Source of the DNA: an uncultured Candidatus Saccharimonadales bacterium
GTDB lineage: Bacteria > Patescibacteriota > Saccharimonadia > UBA4664
Length of the DNA stretch: 64,000 nt
Direction of reading: 5' to 3'
Assembly: GCA_964609585.1 (NCBI GenBank)
Contig: CAZSRA010000005.1
Location: 2,502 to 66,501 of the forward strand
The position numbers and the translations under genes are program-made. Position 1 is the first letter of the stretch, and each line of letters starts with the position of its first letter. The notes beneath the pieces were generated by a model. It had not been told where the DNA came from, made no database searches, and saw nothing but the letters and a program-made list of their open reading frames with translations. Shown piece after piece: positions 36,932-48,137 of the stretch.

Positions 36932-36960
36932 CCTAAACATAATGGGAATGGAGAGTTAGA

Positions 36961-37784
36961 ATGCCAGAACATGGACCCGGAGGTGATCAAGAGCCAGCGA
37001 TGCATGGACGACCAGTCGATGTGTCGGGTGAGCTTAGCGACTTGGCAAAAGCGAAGATCGTAGATAGGACGAATTTATTCACAGCAGTGGCTGGGGCGGC
37101 CGCTCGCGAGTTAGATCGGCACAACGACCAGACTCATGCCGAACAAGGCTCTAGGGTCGATTCCGCGCGAGCCGATCTCGAAGCAGTACATGCTGGAAAG
37201 AGTCGCAGAGATGGTGCGACACCCGAAATGCCCGAAAGCCCCTTCGTCACCGATAAGGACGGGGTCATCTTAGATGTGCCGTCGCTCAGGGCGGTCGGCA
37301 AACAAGATCTTGCAAAACCCACTGAAGAGCCCGGCTTTACAGGAGTTCGAAACGGGCTTACCTACGAAAATGGCGTTATCACTGACATAGGGGTGAACCT
37401 CCCGCCGGTGCCACAGCCCGAACAGCCCGTTTTACCTAGAATTGAAGGGGTTGAATATGACGAGAAGGGTCTTATTACAGGCTTCAAAAAAAGCCCCGAA
37501 CGAGGAGACAGTACACAACCGACTCCACCTTCAATGCCTAAATCGGAGGGAGCAGGCGTACCGACTGAAACGGCTGATATGCCAGCTGCTGTGACCCATG
37601 GACCAATGGTTGGCGTTGAAGGAGCTCTTTCTGGTGTGACACGTCCTGCAGAAGATCAGCCGCAGCAAGCTTCGACCGTTGTCGAAACAACAAGTGCCCC
37701 AGAAGGCGCTCCAGCCAAAAAGCGACTGCGCGATAGACTACCGGGTCGAGCTAAACGGATTCTTGGTTTGGACGGTAAGCATGT

Positions 37785-37788
<4 letters not shown>
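36961..37788 (+). CDS. hypothetical protein (275 aa, P/E/G-rich, high-GC)
   Basis: ORF with RBS and promoter. No recognisable domains. Confidence 0.5.
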
Positions 37789-39785
<1,997 letters not shown>

Positions 39786-39914
39786 GAGCTTTAGTATAGC
39801 AGATAGTTGACTTATATGGGGTTTTTATGCATAGTTTTTAAACGTCTTGTTGGGCGTCCGCTCAAAACAATGAGCAACCAGCATGGCTCGATCTTTGGAT
39901 TGGAGCGGATTGAC

Positions 39915-40550
39915 ATGAAACGTAGAGGTAAGGCCCTCTGGACCGTAGCACTAGGAGCGGCCATAGGTGCCGGACTCATGAGTGTCATTATGAGTCCGAG
40001 CAGCGACTCGGCGCGGCCGACGACTAAGCCGGCGGCGGCTTCAACGTCGAACCTCACCGCAAGCGGCTCGCAGCTGAGCCCCTCCTCGTCGGCGACTACG
40101 AGGCCGAACGCCTCTGTGTGCCCCACGAGTTCGGTGCCGGCAACTACGACCGGGCCTGCCCCGGAGCTGAGTGTTCAGCTGGGGTCGGCCGGTTACACCT
40201 TGGTGATGACCGACGACACCTGGTGGACCTGGAAGAACACCTGTGACCCGCAGGCGCCCATCATCAAGATCAAGCGGCTGAAGCCGCTGATCGATCGACT
40301 GAGCAACACCGAGGGCTCCAGTATCGGAACCTTCTGGTGCAGCGAGTCCTTGAGTGCCACGCGATCGATCCCTCGAATGGTGACCGACTACAAGGCCGCC
40401 TATGAGGCGACCAAGGGCGGTTCGCTGATCCCCGACACACGCCAGATGCCCCGCGTGCCCGACGAGGATCCCAACGTTCAGTTCTACGCAGCCTGGGTCA
40501 AAGTGCCATCCGGCATTATGGCATGCTACAGCGGGCGGGCGCCCGCCTAA
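39915..40550 (+). CDS. hypothetical secreted protein (high-GC)
   Basis: Begins MKRRGKALWTVALGAAIGAGLMSVIMSP (signal peptide), followed by an S/T/P-rich linker. The ORF-track start at 39807 is probably too early. Confidence 0.5.
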   Translation: MKRRGKALWTVALGAAIGAGLMSVIMSPSSDSARPTTKPAAASTSNLTASGSQLSPSSSATTRPNASVCPTSSVPATTTGPAPELSVQLGSAGYTLVMTDDTWWTWKNTCDPQAPIIKIKRLKPLIDRLSNTEGSSIGTFWCSESLSATRSIPRMVTDYKAAYEATKGGSLIPDTRQMPRVPDEDPNVQFYAAWVKVPSGIMACYSGRAPA

Positions 40551-40663
40551 GCTCTCCACGACTCCGGCAGTGTGCCGATCGACCCTCCTAGGAGGGGGCC
40601 AGCCCCTAGCGAACAGAGCCCCTTAGCGCTTTATTTGCCGGGGGCTCTGTTCGTTTCATTGGT

Positions 40664-41200
40664 CTATTCGTGCATGCCGTGAAGGCGGCGGAATTCTTCT
40701 TTGTGGCCGAGCAAGCGGTCGGCGACGAGCTGAGGATGATGGACGGTGCGGAAGATGAAGTTTTCACTCGTACCGGCGGTTTGGATTTCGATATCGCCAT
40801 AATCGAGGATGGTGCCAAAAACACCCTTGCGCCCACCTTTCACATCTTCAATATTGCCAAGGCTGAGTTCGGCGGTTTGGCGAGCAAAGAGGCCGCTTTG
40901 TTGGACTTTAATGAGGTGCATGTTGGTAACAAGAAGGTAGTTGTGCTGAAAAACGAAGATGGCCGATAGGATAATGAGCACTGCGATAACCATAAGCGCA
41001 GCTGCCAGAGCGAAAACAAGATTGGGCGGCAAAAAGGCGAGCTGGCCGCCAGGCACGCTCAGTCGCGCATAGACGCCAAGGTAGGCTATAACGACAACCG
41101 CAATGAGAATGCTAATGATGATGGGCCAAACGAAAACCGTGAAATAACGGTTGATCCGCTCTGTAATGGTTTCACCGGGGTCAAGGATAAAATCGGCCAT
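40664..41200 (-). CDS. membrane protein with bacterial PH-like (YdbT/bPH_2-type) domain
   Basis: 2 TM helices followed by a cytoplasmic domain. Confidence 0.5.
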   Translation of the reverse strand: MADFILDPGETITERINRYFTVFVWPIIISILIAVVVIAYLGVYARLSVPGGQLAFLPPNLVFALAAALMVIAVLIILSAIFVFQHNYLLVTNMHLIKVQQSGLFARQTAELSLGNIEDVKGGRKGVFGTILDYGDIEIQTAGTSENFIFRTVHHPQLVADRLLGHKEEFRRLHGMHE

Positions 41201-41218
41201 GCGGATCTCCTGCTAGTG

Positions 41219-42277
41219 TTAACCCACTGTACCAAAGCCGGAAGCCGCAAGCAAAGTAATGGCAGCGGCGAGGCCCGAAATCTCGATAGCGGCTACGAGG
41301 CGATAGTGGAGGGAACTCCAGCGTCCGAGGCCTTTGCGCCAAACGGTGAAGTGGGTGATGAGGTAAACGATGAAGAGCATGACGAGCAAACCGATGGTGA
41401 TGAGGGTACCGAGGTTCAGCGTACGAATGATGGAGAGTGGCTTGAAGAGGCTGTACTGTTGAGGAGCCGGAGCGCTGGAGATGGTTTGACTGCTTGCCAC
41501 AATGGGCCTAGGCGTGGGGACAGGCGTGGGAGCTACAGTGGCAGTGGGGGCAGGAGTGGCTACGAGAGCTACTGGGGTGGCCGGCACTGGTGCTGGCGTT
41601 GATTTTGGAACGGGTCTGGCGGTGGGGGCCGGAACACTGGCGGCCACGCTGACGCCGGCTTGGGCGCCGTAATGCGCTACCACAAGTGTGGTTTGGCCGC
41701 CTACAAGGGTGCCATTTTCCACCGCAAAGCCAACATCAGTGTAGTGAGGATTGAGAATATTGGCACGATGACCAGGCGAATTCATCCAGCCTTGGACCGT
41801 GCCGGCGGTGGTGTCGAAATCTTTAGCGAGATTTTCACCGGCATAGGTGTAATTGTAACCAGCCTGAGTAAACCAATACCACGGCTGAATGCCGCTGGGC
41901 GAAACGTGAGCCCAATAATTTTCCGCGAACATGTTCCCTGCTTTGAGGGTGGCGCTTTGGTTGAGGCGGGCGTCCATGCGCAGAGGCGAAAGGCCATTGG
42001 CGACGCGTTGTTGATTGGTTTGGTCGAGAAGGTCGGTGGGGGTGATGTCGGAGGCGTAGGCGAGTACATTGCCCTGGGTGAGAGCACGAACGGCGGGTGG
42101 TCGCAGGAGATTGGCGGAAATTTGTACGCCAATGATAAGAAACGCCACGAGCGCGAGGCCATGGAGGCGAATAAGATGAGGGCGGTGGTCGTTGTGTTTG
42201 TGGGGCACAAACCAGTGCTTGAGATGATGACGCAGTGTTTTTGGTTTACGCTTGCCTGGCATGGGGTTATTGTACAT
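41219..42277 (-). CDS. CAP-domain (SCP/PR-1-like) protein with Pro/Thr-rich linker and C-terminal TM anchor
   Basis: CAP-domain signatures ENYWAHVSPSG...GWMNSPGHRANILNPHYTDVGFAV. Confidence 0.7.
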   Translation of the reverse strand: MYNNPMPGKRKPKTLRHHLKHWFVPHKHNDHRPHLIRLHGLALVAFLIIGVQISANLLRPPAVRALTQGNVLAYASDITPTDLLDQTNQQRVANGLSPLRMDARLNQSATLKAGNMFAENYWAHVSPSGIQPWYWFTQAGYNYTYAGENLAKDFDTTAGTVQGWMNSPGHRANILNPHYTDVGFAVENGTLVGGQTTLVVAHYGAQAGVSVAASVPAPTARPVPKSTPAPVPATPVALVATPAPTATVAPTPVPTPRPIVASSQTISSAPAPQQYSLFKPLSIIRTLNLGTLITIGLLVMLFIVYLITHFTVWRKGLGRWSSLHYRLVAAIEISGLAAAITLLAASGFGTVG

Positions 42278-42417
42278 GATTTTAGATTTGACGGGTTTTA
42301 AGCGTTTTTGTGCTTAGTAATGAGGTTAAGCAGCCTGGAAGATTCCGGATTCAGCCCCAGAATTTCGTATATCAAGTGGATCTAGTGCATCTTCTAGCTT
42401 AGAAAGGGGGTAGGTTT

Positions 42418-43947
42418 TTGTATTTTATTGACGAATTACGTGCTTTACCCTATAGTCCCGGACACGACGTGAACCTCGACAACCTAGGAGCAATCATGGT
42501 TTTTAAGTGCCGACGGCCCGGAGAGATTCTCGGAAATGTTCTCCAGGACGCTCAGGGAAATGTCACCGGCGGGCGTGTGTTCGGGTGGGAAGCAGAACAG
42601 GGTATTTCTTGCCTAGAGATGCTTGACGGCAAGCTCGAAGTGGCCGATAACCACACGATGTGGAGCATGCTCTGCCATGTATACCCCCCAAGCCACCCCT
42701 TCAATCGTTCGGGTAATCGCCACTACATCGATGTGGGGAGCCACCCCGAGCGCTGTACGGCTGAGCACAATACAGTCCGAGGGATCGTTCGCGATTTCTT
42801 CTTCGGCGAGGGCGAGATGGACCGCCGAGCGCGCGCCGCTACGAGATACTTCAAAGAGGCGAAGCAACGCGATGTCTATCTGAAAGTCTGGGGTGGCAAC
42901 ACTACCGGCGGAGAGACATATGCAGGTCATGCCAACTACCAAATCTGGCTGCCGATCGACACAGCCATCTCAGATGATCGCATGAGTATCGAAGACTTCA
43001 TGTATCCGCTGGCGCCCTTCTTGGCAACCTGTTCTATCGTTCTGGGCGCAGGTGACCTGGTATGGGATGGAGACGGACTCCACATGAACGTGTCCGTTCG
43101 AGCGAGCCGCATCTGGGACGCGTTCTCCTGCTCCACCACCCGAAGCCGATCGCTCGTCAATCTGCGCGACGAGCCGCACGCCGGGGATGGTTCGAGCCGC
43201 CTGCATGTCATCAGCTTCGATGCACCCATCCGACCTCGAACCAAGGCTCGGATACACTCCCTGATGGTCGTACTGCTTACTATGCGCGAGCAGGGCAAGC
43301 TCAAGGGCCTCAGACTATCGGGCGAGGAGCTCGTACAGGTGACTCAAACCGTCACCCGCAACCCGGAGTACAAGTTCTCGCTTGAGTGCGGCAATAAAAG
43401 CGCATTTGATATCCAGAGGACCTATGCCCAGGAAGCCCTGGAGTTCGTCACTGGTCGGGTCGGTCTCGAGCAGTTCGCACCCTGGGTCGAGGACTATATG
43501 CGGTGCCTCGATCTGATCGCCGAGCATGGCTACAACGCCGAGGCACTCAGCGACGAGCTGGACTGGGCCCTTACGTGGGAATCGGTCCAGGAGCTGGTGA
43601 GGGCTGGCCACACCAGCAGAACCAAGCTTTTCGGCCGCCAACTAGAGCTACACCTACATACGGGCAGAGACACCCGACGGATGCGAGCGGCGGCGGCCGA
43701 CCCCTGGTTCGAAAGGTTTGGTCTGCACGAGCTACCCGAAATCCTTGAGCCCCCCAGAACTCGCGCTTGGGCGCGTGGGGCAGTCATCGCGGCCGCCCAG
43801 GAACTCCGCCTGGACTTCAACGCGGATTGGGAGATTGTGGTCGTGAATGGGGAGTCCATTCATCTACCAAAACCCGGCAGCCCGAAACTCCCGTTCCAGG
43901 CTCAGAACTTGGTCCGCCAAGCGGGCCTCGAACACTTACTAGTCTGA
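42418..43947 (+). CDS. Pup-ligase/deamidase family (PafA/Dop-like) glutamine-synthetase-fold amidoligase
   Basis: RVFGWEAEQGIS matches (R)IMGIETE(F/Y)G(V/I)S. YIDVGSHPERCTAE matches PafA YLDVGSHPEYATAE. VWGGNTTGGETYAGHANY matches PafA KNNTDGKGASYGCHENY. GC is about 65%. The true start is probably ATG 42496 (MVFKCRR...). Confidence 0.75.
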   Translation: MYFIDELRALPYSPGHDVNLDNLGAIMVFKCRRPGEILGNVLQDAQGNVTGGRVFGWEAEQGISCLEMLDGKLEVADNHTMWSMLCHVYPPSHPFNRSGNRHYIDVGSHPERCTAEHNTVRGIVRDFFFGEGEMDRRARAATRYFKEAKQRDVYLKVWGGNTTGGETYAGHANYQIWLPIDTAISDDRMSIEDFMYPLAPFLATCSIVLGAGDLVWDGDGLHMNVSVRASRIWDAFSCSTTRSRSLVNLRDEPHAGDGSSRLHVISFDAPIRPRTKARIHSLMVVLLTMREQGKLKGLRLSGEELVQVTQTVTRNPEYKFSLECGNKSAFDIQRTYAQEALEFVTGRVGLEQFAPWVEDYMRCLDLIAEHGYNAEALSDELDWALTWESVQELVRAGHTSRTKLFGRQLELHLHTGRDTRRMRAAAADPWFERFGLHELPEILEPPRTRAWARGAVIAAAQELRLDFNADWEIVVVNGESIHLPKPGSPKLPFQAQNLVRQAGLEHLLV

Positions 43948-43960
43948 GGAGGTAGTCGTG

Positions 43961-43999
43961 GTCGGGTGGGGAGCTATTCCCCACCCGACCATTTTTTTT
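43961..43999 (+). terminator. rho-independent terminator
   Basis: GTCGGGTGGGGA gcta TTCCCCACCCGAC followed by TTTTTTTT, 14 nt after the stop of 42418-43947. Confidence 0.7.
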
Positions 44000-44128
44000 G
44001 GGGTTTCGATTGCACAATAGTTGCCGATATTTCATAAATGTTATATAAATTACGAACTTGTGTCGCCAACCGGGCGGCCAAGACAGAGGGATGGACCTTC
44101 AAAACCCAACTTTAAGGAGATCATCGAG

Positions 44129-44737
44129 ATGAACCCCCTTTTGGTGGCCATCATGCTGCTTGCCGGCGTGGCCATCGCTATCTTCCTCACGCGACGGCGC
44201 AACCGGAAGATCCGGACCGATCGCGCCGCAGCCAAACGGCGATCCGACCCGTTCGCCGACGAGCGCGCCGCCGGCGGCGACCCGATGAAGATCGGGCCCG
44301 GCACTCAGATCAGGAACGGCATCGAGGAGTACTTCGTCCGCGGTACTGTCACGTGCACCAGCGGTGGCTCCACTTGGTGGGAGCACTACTTGAACACTGA
44401 CGAGGACTCCCCCTACGACTACATCTCGGTCGAGAAGGTGCGCGGGGGCGTGGAGACCTGCGCCTGGAAGACGATCCGAGGTAGCGGCCTGGACCACACC
44501 CAGGATTACCTCACGTACGGCAACCGGAATTACGAGTTCTCCGAACAGAGTGACAACGCACGATACACGACGACCGGCACCACCGACCTCCCACAGGAAA
44601 GCGGCAGCCTCAAGTACGTCGACTTCGCAACCCCGGACGGCCAGTGGAAGCTCTCCTTCGAGTGCTACGACGGGGCCGACTGGGAAGTCAGCGTCGGCGA
44701 GGTCGTGACGGGGCTGGAGATCAACCTCGCAGGCTGA
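44129..44737 (+). CDS. DUF4178-like protein with N-terminal TM helix
   Basis: Start is MNPLLVAIML with AGGAGA 7 nt upstream. Its repeated beta-rich segments (WWEHY; YVDF...GQWKLSFECYDGADWEVSVGEVV) resemble DUF4178, but this is from memory and no HMM was run. A TTGCCG-N17-TATAAA promoter lies upstream. Confidence 0.5.
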   Translation: MNPLLVAIMLLAGVAIAIFLTRRRNRKIRTDRAAAKRRSDPFADERAAGGDPMKIGPGTQIRNGIEEYFVRGTVTCTSGGSTWWEHYLNTDEDSPYDYISVEKVRGGVETCAWKTIRGSGLDHTQDYLTYGNRNYEFSEQSDNARYTTTGTTDLPQESGSLKYVDFATPDGQWKLSFECYDGADWEVSVGEVVTGLEINLAG

Positions 44738-44884
44738 CGGCAACACACGCTAGACCCTGTTCCAGGTCCATCCCTCACGCAGAGGGGCCCCGGGAGCACA
44801 TGCATCCCGGGGCCCTGTGCCCGCACAATTTTACTTTCCTGCAATTATAGGTTATAAATATACGATTACCGGACGCGTGCCATC

Positions 44885-45454
44885 GTGCTCGAGCACGGTC
44901 GCACCTACTATTTGAAGGGAGAGATCCCAACGGTTGAATATCAGGACCAATCTCCGGATGGCCTGAAGCTCGCGATCGTCACCGGAGCGCTCCGCGTTGA
45001 CCAATTCAGTATCCTGCAGGAAGAATCGCTGCGCGCAGCGGATCTGACTGCGAGGTGCCGGATCGTCGGCGCGAGTCATGTCATCGAGTACACGCTCAAC
45101 GGCCTGCCCATGTGGGAGGTTTTTGCGTGTCAGGATGTCGAAGAGGATGCCCTGCGCTATTCGCTGGATCATGTAACGGCCCACGTCGTGGAGACCGAAC
45201 ACCCCGGTGGAGCGCGGCACATCTTCCAAGCCTCGCTGACTTCTACGGAAGCAGCCGAGGAGGACTTGAGGCGACTTCGGCTTCGGCCGCTGCGTCTTGA
45301 GTTCGCGTTCCCGTCTGCGGACGGAACTCAGGCCCCCGTCACCATCATCAGTGGCGAACCCCAATCTGGAGGCATTCTGGTCGAAACGGCTCATTCCTAT
45401 CCCAACTATGGGCAGGTTGTCCTGACCCGCTCAGTTCTTCAGCTTAGGAGCTGA
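44885..45454 (+). CDS. hypothetical protein (high-GC)
   Basis: GTG start. The GC3-rich frame ends with AGGAG positioned for the next gene, implying the same operon as 45460-47073. The antisense ORF 44852-45394 is judged an artefact. Confidence 0.4.
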   Translation: MLEHGRTYYLKGEIPTVEYQDQSPDGLKLAIVTGALRVDQFSILQEESLRAADLTARCRIVGASHVIEYTLNGLPMWEVFACQDVEEDALRYSLDHVTAHVVETEHPGGARHIFQASLTSTEAAEEDLRRLRLRPLRLEFAFPSADGTQAPVTIISGEPQSGGILVETAHSYPNYGQVVLTRSVLQLRS

Positions 45455-45459
45455 TACCT

Positions 45460-47073
45460 ATGTTCAAACCCAGAGTCCGGCGCTGGATTGCCCCGCTCGT
45501 AGCGGTGGCTTTCCTGGCTGCTGGATGCAGTAGCGGCTTGCCCGACAGTTCCAAGAAGCCGGCCGAGGCACTCAAGACGCGCATTGCGACGGTTCAGACA
45601 GACGTCGACGCCGCCAAGAAGTCCTTCGGCCAGCGCCTGCAGCAGCCCGACGCCGCCTTCATGGCCGGATACTCCGACCAGGTGGAAGCCGGCTGGTTCA
45701 CCACCGCCACCAAGGCTCAGACCACTGCCGCCAACCTGTACAACACTCAGGTGGTGCCACTGGTCAAAGCCGACAAGAGCGGCGATGCCAGCAAGGTGAA
45801 CACCCTGGTGAGCCAGGTCAACACCCAGCTCGACACCGCCGAGGCGGATGCCAAGATCCCGGCGCAGCGCATCGGCGACGTCATCAAGACGAAGGCCAAT
45901 GCAGCGACGGTCTCGAAGGCTGCTACTGATCTGGCGACAGCCCTGGACGGCCGGGACACCGACCTGTCCGCTGCCGCCGACCAGGCAGCCAAGAAGCACC
46001 CGACTAGTGCCGCCTCCATCACCAAGCACCTCACCGAGGCGCACGGATGGCGTACGAGCTCGGATGCGGCACTGGCCGCCATGTCATCTACCCTGGCCAG
46101 CAGCACGCCGAACTATGCCACGGTGCTCGACAGCTCGACGACGATCCAGTCGGCGGCCAAGAGTTCCGTGGACAAAACCCCGGCTCTGCTCACGGCACTG
46201 ACCGATCTCGACACGTCGAGCGTGGAAACGCTCGTCGACATGAAGATCACGTGTACCATCACGGTCAGCCGTTCGAGCTGGGACGACAACTCCGACTCCG
46301 ACTCGGTGTCGAACTACACGTTCCCGGTCGTCATGAGTGACAACTCCGAGGTGTGCGCCTACTGGGCGGACTTCGACGAGAAGAACGCCACTGGAGACGC
46401 CAAGTTTGCCCACGTGAACGAAGACTGGGGCAGCCGCGGCGACTTCAACGTCGACAGCGGAATCGACCGCAAGATGTGGGACACCCTGAAAGTCGACGCC
46501 TTCCAGCAATGGCCGGGCAGCGACAATGCGGGGGAGTACTACATCGAGAACGTCGATGCCACGTACTACACGAAGATGGACACGAGCGTCGACGGCGTCA
46601 CCACCAAGGGCGACTGGCAGGAAGTGGACTCCGACGAGTTCGCTCTGCTCCAGGACAGCCTGGGCATGGACATCAGCGAGCGAGCGGTGGGCCAGTTCGC
46701 CGACGAAGCCAACTATCAGCCCTCGCCTCCGGGCGCGCTGTACGTCGGCGACACTCACTACGGCTCGTGGCAGCAGGACACCAGCGGCAACAGCTTCTGG
46801 GTGTTCTACGGCCAGTACCGGCTCTTCAGCGATCTGCTCGGCGGGCCGTTCTACCAGTCCGACTACAATCGCTGGAGCACCGGCTACCGATACCACCAGC
46901 CCTACTACGGTAGCCTCGGTGGACAACCCCGCTGGGGCACCAAAGCGCCCGGTACCGCCGCGCGCTTCCCCGCTAGTACGTTCATTTCGACCGGAGGAGC
47001 CAGAGCCAAGGCGACCGTTCGCGGTGCTGGCCCGGCCGATCGTGGTCGTGGTCCTGGAGGAGGAGGCAAGTGA
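45460..47073 (+). CDS. lipoprotein (537 aa)
   Basis: Signal peptide plus lipobox LAAGC, an Ala/Thr-rich N-terminal half, an aromatic-rich C-terminal region and a Gly/Arg tail (RGRGPGGGGK). Confidence 0.55.
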   Translation: MFKPRVRRWIAPLVAVAFLAAGCSSGLPDSSKKPAEALKTRIATVQTDVDAAKKSFGQRLQQPDAAFMAGYSDQVEAGWFTTATKAQTTAANLYNTQVVPLVKADKSGDASKVNTLVSQVNTQLDTAEADAKIPAQRIGDVIKTKANAATVSKAATDLATALDGRDTDLSAAADQAAKKHPTSAASITKHLTEAHGWRTSSDAALAAMSSTLASSTPNYATVLDSSTTIQSAAKSSVDKTPALLTALTDLDTSSVETLVDMKITCTITVSRSSWDDNSDSDSVSNYTFPVVMSDNSEVCAYWADFDEKNATGDAKFAHVNEDWGSRGDFNVDSGIDRKMWDTLKVDAFQQWPGSDNAGEYYIENVDATYYTKMDTSVDGVTTKGDWQEVDSDEFALLQDSLGMDISERAVGQFADEANYQPSPPGALYVGDTHYGSWQQDTSGNSFWVFYGQYRLFSDLLGGPFYQSDYNRWSTGYRYHQPYYGSLGGQPRWGTKAPGTAARFPASTFISTGGARAKATVRGAGPADRGRGPGGGGK

Positions 47074-48044
47074 TGTCCGACATCAAATCGACGGGGCAAG
47101 CAACGCGCAAGTTTCGCTGGGTGCCGGCGGTCGTGATCTTTGCGGCCAGTGTGCTCGGAGTCACGTACCTGTGGCTGTTCGGTGACCTGCGGAGCTCGAT
47201 CGGGTACTCCATCCGACCGTTCACCTTCGCTCTCGTGGCGCTGGTGATCCTCGTGCTCTTCCGGACGGTGCTCGACCGCATCACGCCCTGGGACGACACC
47301 GCGACTGTCGTGGACGACAACAACGGGCCGATCGCGCTTCAGCGTGCGGCCCAGTACGCGGCACTCCTGCTCGGCATGGGCGGCAGTCTCATCATGGCCC
47401 CAGCTCGTCCGCTCCTGGAAACCCTCGGGTCGTTCGCGCTGGACGGCGTGATCGTAGCGGCAGCCCTCATGGCATCAACCTTCGTCACCGACTGGTACCT
47501 GCTCCGGCACGTCCCGAACGCTGACGAGATGCGAGGAGGCAACTGGGCGGTTGCGTTCGTGGAAGCCGGCGCCTACCTGGCGCTCGGTATCATCCTCAAC
47601 GGCGCCTTCGCCGGCAGGGGTGGCGGTGCCTTGAGCGGCCTGCAGTTCTTCGCGATCGGACAGCTCACGCTGATCGGGACCTACCTGCTCTACCGCATCG
47701 TCAACGCCTGCAGCATCGAGGAGGAGATCCGCACCAACAACCTCGCTCTGGCGATCGAGGTTGGCGGCTTCATGCTCGCCGTGGGCATCGTGCAATGGTT
47801 CGCCATTGCCGGCCCGTTCACGGGCTTCATCCAGGACATGAACTCGTACGCCGAGGCTCTCGTGCCCGGCCTGCTGGCGCTGGCCTTGGTGATGGTCCTC
47901 GTCGACTTGGTGCTCCTGCCGCGTGTCACCCTCCGGGGGAACACGCACCACGGCAAGATTGGGCCCTCGCTGATCATCGCCGGCATCGTCCCCTTCATGG
48001 GGGTGATCATCGGCGCCAGCCTCGCCGCCGGTCTCACCGGCTAA
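47070..48044 (+). CDS. DUF350-repeat integral membrane protein
   Basis: Repeats of the DUF350-type pattern acidic-x-x-(N)xA(V/L)A.xxxG...G (ADEMRGGNWAVAFVEAGAYLALGIIL; EEEIRTNNLALAIEVGGFMLAVGIV). Its ATG overlaps the upstream stop in an ATGA arrangement. Confidence 0.6.
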   Translation: MMSDIKSTGQATRKFRWVPAVVIFAASVLGVTYLWLFGDLRSSIGYSIRPFTFALVALVILVLFRTVLDRITPWDDTATVVDDNNGPIALQRAAQYAALLLGMGGSLIMAPARPLLETLGSFALDGVIVAAALMASTFVTDWYLLRHVPNADEMRGGNWAVAFVEAGAYLALGIILNGAFAGRGGGALSGLQFFAIGQLTLIGTYLLYRIVNACSIEEEIRTNNLALAIEVGGFMLAVGIVQWFAIAGPFTGFIQDMNSYAEALVPGLLALALVMVLVDLVLLPRVTLRGNTHHGKIGPSLIIAGIVPFMGVIIGASLAAGLTG

Positions 48045-48137
48045 CAGGCGACCCTTCTTCGTTCACCCCGTGCCCGTCCCTTCGCCACCTGGCGGCGGGA
48101 CGGGCACCCGACACCGGGACACGCAGGCTAAACCTGC

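Noticed and set aside
44852-45394. 180-aa minus-strand ORF overlapping the plus-strand gene 44885-45454
   Set aside because: Strand choice is uncertain. The plus-strand frame was kept because it has better GC3 bias and ends with an AGGAG motif correctly spaced for the downstream lipoprotein gene, implying an operon. The minus-strand call cannot be fully excluded.
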